IMG/VR virus record: IMGVR_UViG_3300030329_006583
Coordinates: 62,001-126,000 of that record
DNA length: 64,000 bases
Direction: 5' to 3' (one strand)
The notes under the pieces are model-generated. The model saw nothing but the letters and a program-made list of their open reading frames with translations, was not told where the DNA came from and did not search any database. Shown here piece after piece: positions 1 to 10,518 of this stretch; the stretch's first letter is position 1, and each line of letters starts with the position of its first letter. Position numbers and translations under genes: made by a program.

Positions 1-944
1 TCACAGATCACATTTGAAAATGGGCCCGAAGGTTTAGATGACATACGATTGGCAATTTGGTGCGCAAATTTTCCATTAAGCTGCCCATAATGCACAACAC
101 GAGAAAACGTTTCTTCCTCTGCCAAATAGTCGCCGTTTTCAGGATCCCAAATTTTGACATTAGGATTTGACATAGCTGCATTAGTGGCATTATCAACAAA
201 TGCAGCAGTTGTTTCTAACTCATCGTTGGCCAAAGTATGCTCTTTATCTGACGTTTTAAGATCAGCTACTAAATCTTCCAGGCCGGTTTTGGGATCACCT
301 GCTTCACCTAGCAAATACTTTATTTCACCACCCATAACCGCCAATTCAATCAATTCTTGTGCCGCGTTATTATCTTGCAATGCAAAAGAAGTATAAGGAA
401 CACCGGAATAACCTAATTTTGAAAAATATGATTCATCAACCAAGGTATCAAAATTGGCACGTATAAGTGCCTCCATTGACTCAACGGTAATTTGAGCGGG
501 TTCATTAGGCATAGGTAAAAAATCAATACTAAGATCTTGAGCCGGTGTGCCAAAATTGAATAACACAAATCTAGGAACAAATGAAAGAAAATCCACTAGA
601 TTAATAATGGGTTCACCATTTTCCGGAATAAGGTAACCGGAGAAATCAAGCACCGTATCACCACCGGATAAACCCAGTGCTTCCTGTAACGCCAGTGATT
701 TTGGTGTTCCATCAAATAAACCGGAATCATTTTCACATTCATCCTCTGTATGTTTATTATAAAACCACTCTGCACTAAATCCTTTTGGTTTAGGTATCTC
801 TAGGACATTAAGAGGAATTCCGGGAAATGAAGTTGCATTTATATAATCTTCATTTACATATCCGTCAGCAACTGCATCCGGGCCTATAAAGCCTGCCTTG
901 ATACCCGCCAATACGGCCGCTGCTACTTTTGGAGGTGTTGTCAT
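1..944 (-). CDS. Hypothetical (probably virion-associated) protein, truncated by the left window edge; not in the ORF track
   Basis: ATG at 942-944 directly follows the TAA of the 2250-aa gene (TAAATG). The frame reads MTTPPKVAAAVLAGIKAGFIGPDAVADG... and stays open to the window edge. Confidence 0.8.
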   Translation of the reverse strand, partial: MTTPPKVAAAVLAGIKAGFIGPDAVADGYVNEDYINATSFPGIPLNVLEIPKPKGFSAEWFYNKHTEDECENDSGLFDGTPKSLALQEALGLSGGDTVLDFSGYLIPENGEPIINLVDFLSFVPRFVLFNFGTPAQDLSIDFLPMPNEPAQITVESMEALIRANFDTLVDESYFSKLGYSGVPYTSFALQDNNAAQELIELAVMGGEIKYLLGEAGDPKTGLEDLVADLKTSDKEHTLANDELETTAAFVDNATNAAMSNPNVKIWDPENGDYLAEEETFSRVVHYGQLNGKFAHQIANRMSSKPSGPFSNVIC

Positions 945-3900
945 TTATATACCCCACATCGGGTTTTGGTGTATTTGTTCCACTTTATCTTTTTCCACCA
1001 ATGATATTGTTACAAAATATTGATCCGCTAAAAGATTGTCTTGACCAGCCCCAAATTGTGAATGTTTATAAACATATATAGTCTCATCCGGATAAATTGA
1101 TTCATATGCGCTAACCGCTATTGTGTCATCAATTAATACATTTTTTACATTTTCAATTATACCATCAGTCACATAGGATGTAATTACATCCGGATCATTT
1201 TGGGACTCACGAATTATAAATCTATCTACATCCACGGGAATAGCAAACACCCTATCAAATATCTTCATTGAAGTGGCTTGAGAAAATAGGTTGGTGGATT
1301 GAAAAGCAGCAGATGAAAGCATTAACTTAATATTGTCAAATTTCGCAGTAGTGAGATTCGTTGCCGGGCCTAAAACATTGTGATTTGCCAATTTAACCGG
1401 ATGCAATAATTTTGATTTATCAACTACACTGTTCCATTCTGGGGATACCCCTGGATATTCAGGATCTGCGTTGCTGCCTGCACCTTTGTGATTCTCACCG
1501 GCCAGTGCGGCAGGTATACTGGGTATATATACAGCTGTTGAGAATGGGTGTGCCATTAATGTAGAGGGAAAAATTTCACCGGTGGACACCATATTTGCAA
1601 AATCCTTCGGGGTACCTTGTTCACCAGGTGCCGGAAGTGCATTACCTTTTGCAACCTGCGTCAAAAATGCCACTGCATCAGTTGTCACATTTAAACCGTT
1701 TGAAAAATCATCATATGCATGTGTATATGTCATCTCATCCAATTCCATACCATACATCGAACGATAATACCTACCAAGTAATTCACTTACAATGTGATTT
1801 TTTAACAGTGATTGTTTATTGGTAGAACTCAACATATCCCAATATTGCTGAAACAAGAAATCCTTTTGATACATTGAAGTACCGGTTGGATTATTAAGTA
1901 AATTATTCCCCAAACCTGTTCCTGATACCCCACCAAAGTTATTGACAAAGTTAGGGGATCCACCTGCAAATGTGAAATCCGACGTCGGTTGTGTCATCGG
2001 CACAGTCAGGTAACGTGTAAATCTTGTATTTTCTAATATTTCATCAAAATTCTTGGGGGATAAAGCTGTAACGCCACCTGTAGGGGTGTCAAACCATTTA
2101 ATCGCAGGTAATTGACTATCAATTAAAAACATGTTCATATCAAACAAATAAACCAAAGGTTCAAACACCAAAGACGATCTTGCATGATCTTTACGATGAA
2201 CCTGTACTTGTACGATGGTTGAATTTGATCTCCGATAAGGTATTTCCTTAAAATCAATATCAGTTGCATCTATGTTTTGTTGCGTCCTTTGTAGCGAGCT
2301 CAACATGCCCGCGGGGATTCCTATACACATCACACGTAAATTTGCAGACTCCTTACCTTGAAAAGCCGGGAATAATCCGTTTTCACCAAACATGTTTCGT
2401 AATAATTTAAGATCAATATCATAAGGAGAATACCCAGCCCAATCACCATAATTAAGAACAGAACCCGGAGGTAACATGCCTGGTCGTACTGCGATTGATT
2501 CAAGTTCCCGGGTTCTCTTGCAAATCAAATTTGCTTGATGTGTGGTAATAGCTGCAAATTTAGATACATAATACCGGTGAAGCTCTGGGTGTGATGTTTT
2601 TAAAGTTTGTAGTGAAAGTTTTAAATTACCACCACCGGCTTCGGGGGTTGACGGAAATAAGCCTACTTCCCCACCAATAAAATCACCTGATACATTTGCA
2701 CCATTTAGTTCCGGAACACCCGTTGTGATCTGGGTATTAAAATTATTTGCAGCCGCATCAATGTTGTTGGCGTATGATTTAAGCAATGAAGTGGTGTATT
2801 TAATGAATGCATTTTCCCTCCTTGCCATCCGGTAAACGTCAGATAACGCATCCCATCCTGATAAAGTTGCATTTTGTAATACAGTATTAATCAATTCATT
2901 TCTTTCATATTTGTGTGTCGTGACAATTATTGGCTTGCCGTCATTGAGTTGATATTCCTCGCCATCCATGGTGTAATTATCAAAATTTTTATAAACCAAA
3001 GGATCTAGCGTAGATGTAGGGTATAAAAATTCAAACCAATCTGAATCCTGCAATTGGTTTTGGAAAAAACTTGCTATTGTAGATGGTGCAAAACTATCTT
3101 TTTTCATCCCTAAAATATCAATGTAGCTTTGTGCATCCATATCAAAAGCCTCAGATTGCTTGGGATCTTCTAGGTATGATAACATGAGTTTCATGTATAT
3201 AGCCAATTGCCTATTAACCTCAGTTTGAGCACGGACGGTTGTAACACCAGCGGCGCCTTGATATGAATCAATTACAATTAAATTGGCACCAATATATTGT
3301 GGTGCAGAGGATGCAAATCCACCTTCCTCATAAAAATTCTCATCATAATTTTGAAATAACTGAACACCTGCACCACCTTCAAAATAATCCCAATAACTCG
3401 TTCCAGGCCAAAACCCAGATACCCACTTTTTCATATAATCGGGATCAGCCTCAGGGGGTTGCAAATTATTTGCCGATAAGTAAGCAGCTTCCGCATCATA
3501 CTCATATGTGGTTGAAGCCTGCCCTTGCCCTTCAACATATACGGCGGGTACATAATTGCCCCCTAATTCAGTAAAAGTCCATGATGATGCCCCACCCAAT
3601 GATGGAACAAATGCAGAACCTGCTTCAAAAGCAAACTGGCCTTGTAACCTAGGGGATCCGAACACATCTTCCCAGGTTAGCGGTTGCCAAAAATTCCCGT
3701 ATTTTTTAATCATCTTATCTTGAAATTCATACAAAGCCGCGAGGTTGCCGTCCCATTCCTCCCCCCAGTATTCATATGGACCACCGGTTTTGTCGTTAAA
3801 ATTGTCATCATTCAACCACCCTTGATTTGGTACATAACCAAAATGTTCGTTGGTATCCGGTGTCAATGACCAGAGACACAAGTATGCAGATGCTTTTGAA

Positions 3901-6900
3901 GTAAGCCATGTCACCCACATCTCATACACAAACGCAGCCAAGGTATCTTCATCTAAACCATTATATATCGTTAAAATGGCACCGGTACCCTGTAACGATT
4001 GCGGTAAATTGCCGGCGGCGACGTTGGTTCCTTCAGGTGTTAATACGGAGTTACCTTTGTTTTTACGACTTAAATATGTGTATTTATCATCATTTTTACT
4101 AGCAACGTGATGTGCCTTGTCCTCTAACTCATCAAGATGTCTCCACATATTGTAACCAAAAGATCCGTAATCAAAAGGTGCAGAAGTATTCACTCCATCA
4201 AATGGCATTTGAAATCCTAACGCGCTTTTTAGCGATTCCTTTATCCAATTTATCCAATCCAGCGAAGCCCCCAAAAGAGGTTCATTTGTGGGCCAATCAC
4301 CCGGTTGCATTTGGTGGAAAAATGATTTCCAGGCCACATCAACCCCGCGGGTAGGTAGATCAAAATGTTCCCAAAACAACGGGCTTTGTGCCTTGCCAGG
4401 TGTAGGAGTAAACCCATCTCCAAATTGGATACCTTCCACTGGCTGATCGGGATCTGCGGTTATTTTTGTTGTCATTACCAAATTGTAATTGGCGTTAACA
4501 TTGGGTATGTTTGTGTTTTCCCCATATGTTTTTTGGGGGTATTTTTCCCCTGCGTGATACCCTAAAAGTGGACTCTTGTCTGCCCCACCTGCACCCATTG
4601 CACCCTTTAAAGGAGGGTGCATGGCATCGGTACCCATGGGTGGTGTTTCGCCCAATCCGGCAGCCCAATCTTCACCAACCCAAGTTGGAGCTGTATTTGC
4701 AACAGGTTCAAAATCAGCCGACATTAAATCATTGCCTATCATCTCAGCAACAGCTTTTGAAATATCATACAATAAATTCTCAACAGCTGCTTCAAATTCA
4801 CCACCAATAATTACATAATCTTGGCCCAAAGGATTAATATAAGCATCATCGATGTCACCATCTACATCATTTTGAGATGCCGCAACAATAATTGGCGTAT
4901 TGGAGTTCATTACCCCATATCCGGCACCGCTGGCTTGTGGAACACCATATCCCAACATATTTTTCTCTTGATCAAAATTAATGTTCTGTGCCGTTAAGGT
5001 GATATCTTCGGTACCGAAAATAAAAGGTGACGCATTATCCGGTGCATCAAATAATTCCTTCCTGAATTTAAGTGTTGCAAATCTCCATAACGTAAATATT
5101 TTATGAATAATATCAGGATGTTGATTTTCATGTTTGGCAATATTCAGGATTGCCAATAGAATCAAATTATCTTTTCGCACCCCTTCTACACTACTACCCC
5201 AATATAATTTACCTTCATTAATGATATTATTAGGTAAAACCTGATGTGCATTTGGCCACAGGACAGTATCACTAAAATGAAATAATTCCACACCCGTATC
5301 AGAATAACCTGGTACCGGGAGCCACCCACCGGGGAAATCATTGGGATCCGGCTTATGGGCACCAAACAACCATTCTGTCTGATCCATGTGACTACGATCA
5401 GAAATTGTGAACAAAAAATTGCTGCAATGCCTTAAAAATGGGCGTAATGTGTCGGTTGCAGAATTCACTCCATGGGTATGTTTGGAACCGTCTGGCTGAT
5501 CCCCGAATTTAAAACCAAAACCGGACGCGATATTAAGAACTTGATCTGATAAGTCGGCGGTGGTTTTCAGTTCTCCAACAAAATTTTGATAACGATCAAA
5601 TTCTAATAATGGCCTATCGTTTACCGGTGCAAACAATGGTTTGAAAAATATATCATTGGCAGCACCCGCAGGAGAAACCGGTGCTGCGGCGCCCCATGTA
5701 CTTGGGCGTGTTTCAAATGGGAGATATTTGCCATAATTACCAACCCCTCCAGGGTATTGTGAATCCACAATGTTACAAAAACTCATCAAAGTAAAAATAG
5801 GAGCTTTTGCTAGCATGTGCATCTCATCACCAGATGCTGTACCTCCCACAGTACCATATGTTAAGCCATTAGCGGCCAACAATAGTGAATGTGGGTTTTC
5901 TGAAAACATGTTGAATTCATTTGGCACACCCAATACCCTGGAAAATGGCTTATCATCTGTCAAAAAACGACCTTGGATATTGAATGACATTTGGTTGCCT
6001 GCGTCCAAAGATACTAGATTTGCAATTCCGGCAGATACAGAAAATTCACGTGACAATGCCATATTCAACAAAAATAATCGTTGTCTCACCTTATTACCGG
6101 CGGGTAGCATTGCCTGAAATTCATCCCAACCTGTTTTCCAATTTATAAGAACCGGAGAAGGTGATTTTTTATAAGAGAACTTTTCCAGTGAAAAAGAATG
6201 AGTGCCTTGAGGTGACATATGAGGATTAAGCCGATAATTTTCAATTAAATCAGACATACCTTCAATAGCCATGGGATTGATTCCCTCAAATTCAGTTCTC
6301 CACCCTGAATCTACACCTGCACCATAAAGTGGCGACAGTGGCGAATGTAATTTCATTGCACCATACATGTCGTGAACCAATTGTGCATAAACCTTGGTGC
6401 CCGGAAATGTTTTGAATGTTTCTTTTGGAAAACTTAAAAACGTTTCAAATATATTGCTGGGGGTAAAGGCTGATGTACTAAAAACCTCTGCGGGAATAAA
6501 ATTTGATTTATCATGACCGTCATATTTGGCCATTATATCTTCTTTCCACGTGTTGGTCCCGTTCTCGGCAGCGCCGGTCCACCCGCGTAAATTGGTGAGA
6601 TCCAATATGTCTTCAAGCCATATTATCCATGCCGTCAGGTATTGGGTCATCAAGGCCCAGTTTTTAGTTGCAGGTAATAACTTATTTTTAAAACCCCCTT
6701 CCAACTGATCTATGGTTATCTCATCCACACCCACAAATTCAATTTCATCACCGGTAATCTTGCATTTTTTTAATTTTTCATAACATTTCATCATGATATC
6801 GTATTTCAACTTACTTTGTTGCATACGATATTGCAATAATTCACGATAAGTTCGACGAGTGGGATTTTTGTTTTTCTCCAAAGATTGATCGTACGCCGCT

Positions 6901-7697
6901 TGGGATTGCGGATGGTTCATACTCAAATCTTCCAATGAAAGAAAATCCAATGACGCTATTATTTCCACTCGTGGACTAATGAATGGATTGGGTTTAGAAG
7001 GCATGCTCGAGCCAAACCCGGGTGGCGCGGCATCCCCTCCTGGCGGGGCATCCCCTCCTGGTGGGGGTTGGAAGGTGGTATCAGAAGGTATGTAATCCAA
7101 TATCGAGGTATCATTCCCGCTGTCAAAAGTTATGGCATCCTGGCTACCCGGAAGAGGTTGGGGATGAGACTTAAATCCATCAGTACCATAATTCCAAAAT
7201 TGAGTGATTTTGTTTTTACCCACTGCCGACGAATAAGGATCGGGTTTATCGGCAAAATCTTCATATGAATTATACATACCTGGAGTTGATGGGGAAATAT
7301 TGCCACCAGGTAACGGTGCATCAGGTTCCTTCTCCATGAATTCTTGCCAGGGTTGTGACGTCACTTTAGCTACCATAGAACCATTAGTTAATGTAGCCCG
7401 CTTGGAACCGTCTTGTTGCATATGCATAGGTGAAGCAGTTTTAAAGGCATTTGCTTCATTATCATCCGGTAACATGCTGGTTTCTGATTTATTAATCAAA
7501 GAACCATCCGTATCATTCCCTAGCCCAGGTGGGGTTAATTTCTCGTTGTATTGTTTGGTAACTGCCTGAGCCACCGTTTGCTCTTTGTCATCTATTCTTA
7601 ATTGAGCATCCAGTTCTAAATTAGCATCCGGTAATTCACTATTTGCCACCGGTTGCATATTAAATTTAACGTTTTGAAAAGAATTATCAGTTGCCAT
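945..7697 (-). CDS. Very large hypothetical protein (2250 aa), probably virion-associated
   Basis: Long uninterrupted ORF in the structural-gene block; no catalytic motif recognised. Confidence 0.75.
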   Translation of the reverse strand: MATDNSFQNVKFNMQPVANSELPDANLELDAQLRIDDKEQTVAQAVTKQYNEKLTPPGLGNDTDGSLINKSETSMLPDDNEANAFKTASPMHMQQDGSKRATLTNGSMVAKVTSQPWQEFMEKEPDAPLPGGNISPSTPGMYNSYEDFADKPDPYSSAVGKNKITQFWNYGTDGFKSHPQPLPGSQDAITFDSGNDTSILDYIPSDTTFQPPPGGDAPPGGDAAPPGFGSSMPSKPNPFISPRVEIIASLDFLSLEDLSMNHPQSQAAYDQSLEKNKNPTRRTYRELLQYRMQQSKLKYDIMMKCYEKLKKCKITGDEIEFVGVDEITIDQLEGGFKNKLLPATKNWALMTQYLTAWIIWLEDILDLTNLRGWTGAAENGTNTWKEDIMAKYDGHDKSNFIPAEVFSTSAFTPSNIFETFLSFPKETFKTFPGTKVYAQLVHDMYGAMKLHSPLSPLYGAGVDSGWRTEFEGINPMAIEGMSDLIENYRLNPHMSPQGTHSFSLEKFSYKKSPSPVLINWKTGWDEFQAMLPAGNKVRQRLFLLNMALSREFSVSAGIANLVSLDAGNQMSFNIQGRFLTDDKPFSRVLGVPNEFNMFSENPHSLLLAANGLTYGTVGGTASGDEMHMLAKAPIFTLMSFCNIVDSQYPGGVGNYGKYLPFETRPSTWGAAAPVSPAGAANDIFFKPLFAPVNDRPLLEFDRYQNFVGELKTTADLSDQVLNIASGFGFKFGDQPDGSKHTHGVNSATDTLRPFLRHCSNFLFTISDRSHMDQTEWLFGAHKPDPNDFPGGWLPVPGYSDTGVELFHFSDTVLWPNAHQVLPNNIINEGKLYWGSSVEGVRKDNLILLAILNIAKHENQHPDIIHKIFTLWRFATLKFRKELFDAPDNASPFIFGTEDITLTAQNINFDQEKNMLGYGVPQASGAGYGVMNSNTPIIVAASQNDVDGDIDDAYINPLGQDYVIIGGEFEAAVENLLYDISKAVAEMIGNDLMSADFEPVANTAPTWVGEDWAAGLGETPPMGTDAMHPPLKGAMGAGGADKSPLLGYHAGEKYPQKTYGENTNIPNVNANYNLVMTTKITADPDQPVEGIQFGDGFTPTPGKAQSPLFWEHFDLPTRGVDVAWKSFFHQMQPGDWPTNEPLLGASLDWINWIKESLKSALGFQMPFDGVNTSAPFDYGSFGYNMWRHLDELEDKAHHVASKNDDKYTYLSRKNKGNSVLTPEGTNVAAGNLPQSLQGTGAILTIYNGLDEDTLAAFVYEMWVTWLTSKASAYLCLWSLTPDTNEHFGYVPNQGWLNDDNFNDKTGGPYEYWGEEWDGNLAALYEFQDKMIKKYGNFWQPLTWEDVFGSPRLQGQFAFEAGSAFVPSLGGASSWTFTELGGNYVPAVYVEGQGQASTTYEYDAEAAYLSANNLQPPEADPDYMKKWVSGFWPGTSYWDYFEGGAGVQLFQNYDENFYEEGGFASSAPQYIGANLIVIDSYQGAAGVTTVRAQTEVNRQLAIYMKLMLSYLEDPKQSEAFDMDAQSYIDILGMKKDSFAPSTIASFFQNQLQDSDWFEFLYPTSTLDPLVYKNFDNYTMDGEEYQLNDGKPIIVTTHKYERNELINTVLQNATLSGWDALSDVYRMARRENAFIKYTTSLLKSYANNIDAAANNFNTQITTGVPELNGANVSGDFIGGEVGLFPSTPEAGGGNLKLSLQTLKTSHPELHRYYVSKFAAITTHQANLICKRTRELESIAVRPGMLPPGSVLNYGDWAGYSPYDIDLKLLRNMFGENGLFPAFQGKESANLRVMCIGIPAGMLSSLQRTQQNIDATDIDFKEIPYRRSNSTIVQVQVHRKDHARSSLVFEPLVYLFDMNMFLIDSQLPAIKWFDTPTGGVTALSPKNFDEILENTRFTRYLTVPMTQPTSDFTFAGGSPNFVNNFGGVSGTGLGNNLLNNPTGTSMYQKDFLFQQYWDMLSSTNKQSLLKNHIVSELLGRYYRSMYGMELDEMTYTHAYDDFSNGLNVTTDAVAFLTQVAKGNALPAPGEQGTPKDFANMVSTGEIFPSTLMAHPFSTAVYIPSIPAALAGENHKGAGSNADPEYPGVSPEWNSVVDKSKLLHPVKLANHNVLGPATNLTTAKFDNIKLMLSSAAFQSTNLFSQATSMKIFDRVFAIPVDVDRFIIRESQNDPDVITSYVTDGIIENVKNVLIDDTIAVSAYESIYPDETIYVYKHSQFGAGQDNLLADQYFVTISLVEKDKVEQIHQNPMWGI
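7029..7061. repeat. Short tandem duplication (GGCATCCCCTCCTGG x2, 18-bp period) encoding a PPGGDA linker
   Basis: Copies at 7029-7043 and 7047-7061; the protein reads PPPGGDAPPGGDAAPP. Confidence 0.85.
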
Positions 7698-7712
7698 GTA
7701 AACTACCGTTCA

Positions 7713-10517
7713 TTAAAATGTTCTATTGTATCCCTGGGTTGTTGCCAATAAATCAGGTTTTCTAGAATTGCCTTCTGTAACATTATCCAAATACCCAAGA
7801 TTTGCATTAATATCCACTGTCACACCTTGTGATTCATTGCTCATCATATAATTGTTAAAACACAATCGCACCGTATATTTCCTTTGCCCAACCAAACCTG
7901 ATAATTTAGTATCCACAAATTTATATTTTCCAATACCTTTTAAGAGGTGAACAACACCAACAACAGCCTTAGTACCCTGGTATTCAGCCAACACCTGAAC
8001 GTGATCAATATTGTCTGTATTTCCCACAAGATCCCAAGAAATTGTAACCAAACGAGTCAACCCTTGTGTTGAAGCAACAACATTTTTTATTTCCACCGGT
8101 TGTACCGGAATTTCAATATCTTTAATAATCTGATATGTAGTTTCACCCTCTAAAAAAGTTTGCTCTATGTTTTTAGAATCCTCCGTGTCATCAAAAAATT
8201 CTGATTCCATTGGTAAGGTGGCACTTTGTAATGTTTTTTTACTAAGAAATTTTGAACGCAAGGTTTTATATTTATTGAGGGTAAGCTGATCTTTCACCTC
8301 AGTGGGTGCATCAATTAACATATCAAAAATAGATGCCTTTAACAGAGTTATCACGTAACGATAGCGATGTCCAGGCTTTAAATTCGGTGCCCGATATTTA
8401 CTAACCTCAAAACTTTCTCCGGCATCAGTTGATTTATTTAATCCCAATTTTTTGTCATTAGTTACCCCATCCAAAAATTTTCCCAATGGTTGAGCACCAA
8501 AATTAATTGAAGTGCCCGTCGTTAAATTTATCCGGTCAATTTTTACGCGTAACAATGATTGAAATTTACCTTTATTTTTTTCAATATCACCCACAAAACT
8601 AGATAAAGCCTCATTTTCTTTAATGACACGTACTATTTCTTGGTACCCTTCCTTTAGGAAACCTGCCTCGGTTTCAAACTGTACCTTCGATGTTTTACCA
8701 ATTGTTGTAACCTTTGGTTCACTTACACTCAAACTTAACCCTTCATCTAAAAACACATTATGTGTATAATAAGCCACATTTGGTGCCCTATATAGACTTC
8801 CATCTTTAGCACTAAACACCAACGTATATCGATATGTGTGACCATGAATTAAATTGTTATGCATAAATGTTTTATTGTTTGCCATGGAATCCAAGATTTC
8901 AAAACCATAAGGCGAAGTGGTATCCTTTCCAACTAATGTCTCCCGACTAAGCAAACCTAATGTAAAATTGCGAGGCTCACTTTTTGGTAGTGCCGCACTA
9001 ACATCATCTGCCATCATATAACATCTGGTTGCAGGAGAACTTATGTTATGTGCTTCTACCTGAACCTCTGTTTGTGACACACGCTGGGTGGTTATAACGC
9101 AATGTCCAATTGTTGTTATATCATAAGCAGGAACCGCGGTATCATAAACATAACTTTTTGTTTTTGCTGTTCCAACAACCACTGCTGAGCTAAATGATTG
9201 ACTAAAATTACCATGTGTATCCTCGGCAATTGCCCGATATATTACAGTGGTACCCGGTTTGTTGTTATCTGTTAATACACCGTTGGTGGGAAAAGCCAAT
9301 GGCACTTTTTTTACAAATTTATAACCACCCACCCCGGTTCCATTAAAGTAGTTCATCAAATTAATGGTTTTTTTATAAATGCTGACAGATGTTGCACGGG
9401 TATCCGTTTGATTGAACGTTAATTTAACAACACCCCTTCGTAACACAGATGATTGTAATTCTGGTTTTTCCAAAACAAAATTTTGCGATATAGCACCAAT
9501 ATTTAAAGAATGAGGTAACGTAATTGTATCCTTTACCACACCGTCATCATCCAATACTTCAAAGGTAAAATAAATAACTTCCGGTGACATTTGATCCGGA
9601 TAATTTATGGTGATAGGTAATTTAAATGTAGTAAAAGTAAGCCCTAGATTTCGAGTAACCAAGGTTTGTTCCATGGTATCAGCAGCACCCATAGAATCCC
9701 GGGCAATTAATACACCATAATATGATTTAGACCCAATAGGTAATAATGATGTTAAATAAGGATCTACATCAATATTGTCTTTGGGCATCCTCATAATGGA
9801 ATCTTTCACATTGGAATAAAATGAAGGCATAAATTGATGTGAATTATACATATGATGAGGTATAATACGACCCATTCTCGCCTGAACCGGATCTACCGGA
9901 AATGCATACGAAACAGCAGAAGCGGGATCCAATCCATCTAATACAGAATATAAAGCCAATCCCCTATTTCCGGATTGGGGGATAAAATTACTTCTACCAC
10001 CCCCGATATAAGATACTGTTTGAACTACATGTGTTTTGGAGTCTTTTTTAGCGCTCATCATGGTTGCATTTTTATCCACAATTTGCGTTACCATCGCCTG
10101 TTGCATAAAAGGATTTCTTATGTCAACGCCATCTTTTTCATATTGAGAACATTCAAGTGAAGAAACATTTGATAATAAACTACAATTTACCTCACCTACC
10201 TCTGTATTCTTTTTTTGTTTTCCAGAGCGTAAAAATTCATTTGCCCTTTTTTTAATCACTTTTGCCAATTGACGTTTAGATACAGATTTTATATTAGACT
10301 GGCGTGAATTACTAGGGTTTGTAAGGTGAGCCTTTACTTTAATAAAATAAGCAGAATTTTTTACTGCCTCTCTAATATTAACTGAAAATGTTAATTCATA
10401 AACATTGCGATAACCTGCAACCTCTCTGGATTTTGTCATGACAATTTCTGTCACAAAAGATTCAGGAATATTTAAAATATTTCCCCTTTCACCAATATTT
10501 CCGCTTATTATTGACAT
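7713..10517 (-). CDS. Hypothetical structural protein (934 aa), beta-sandwich/FN3-like segments
   Basis: Long ORF with repeated FN3-like ends (LIHGHTYRYTLV, LKPGHRYRYVITL, VTISWD...RKYTVRL); lies in the virion block. Confidence 0.6.
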   Translation of the reverse strand: MSIISGNIGERGNILNIPESFVTEIVMTKSREVAGYRNVYELTFSVNIREAVKNSAYFIKVKAHLTNPSNSRQSNIKSVSKRQLAKVIKKRANEFLRSGKQKKNTEVGEVNCSLLSNVSSLECSQYEKDGVDIRNPFMQQAMVTQIVDKNATMMSAKKDSKTHVVQTVSYIGGGRSNFIPQSGNRGLALYSVLDGLDPASAVSYAFPVDPVQARMGRIIPHHMYNSHQFMPSFYSNVKDSIMRMPKDNIDVDPYLTSLLPIGSKSYYGVLIARDSMGAADTMEQTLVTRNLGLTFTTFKLPITINYPDQMSPEVIYFTFEVLDDDGVVKDTITLPHSLNIGAISQNFVLEKPELQSSVLRRGVVKLTFNQTDTRATSVSIYKKTINLMNYFNGTGVGGYKFVKKVPLAFPTNGVLTDNNKPGTTVIYRAIAEDTHGNFSQSFSSAVVVGTAKTKSYVYDTAVPAYDITTIGHCVITTQRVSQTEVQVEAHNISSPATRCYMMADDVSAALPKSEPRNFTLGLLSRETLVGKDTTSPYGFEILDSMANNKTFMHNNLIHGHTYRYTLVFSAKDGSLYRAPNVAYYTHNVFLDEGLSLSVSEPKVTTIGKTSKVQFETEAGFLKEGYQEIVRVIKENEALSSFVGDIEKNKGKFQSLLRVKIDRINLTTGTSINFGAQPLGKFLDGVTNDKKLGLNKSTDAGESFEVSKYRAPNLKPGHRYRYVITLLKASIFDMLIDAPTEVKDQLTLNKYKTLRSKFLSKKTLQSATLPMESEFFDDTEDSKNIEQTFLEGETTYQIIKDIEIPVQPVEIKNVVASTQGLTRLVTISWDLVGNTDNIDHVQVLAEYQGTKAVVGVVHLLKGIGKYKFVDTKLSGLVGQRKYTVRLCFNNYMMSNESQGVTVDINANLGYLDNVTEGNSRKPDLLATTQGYNRTF

Positions 10518-10518
10518 C

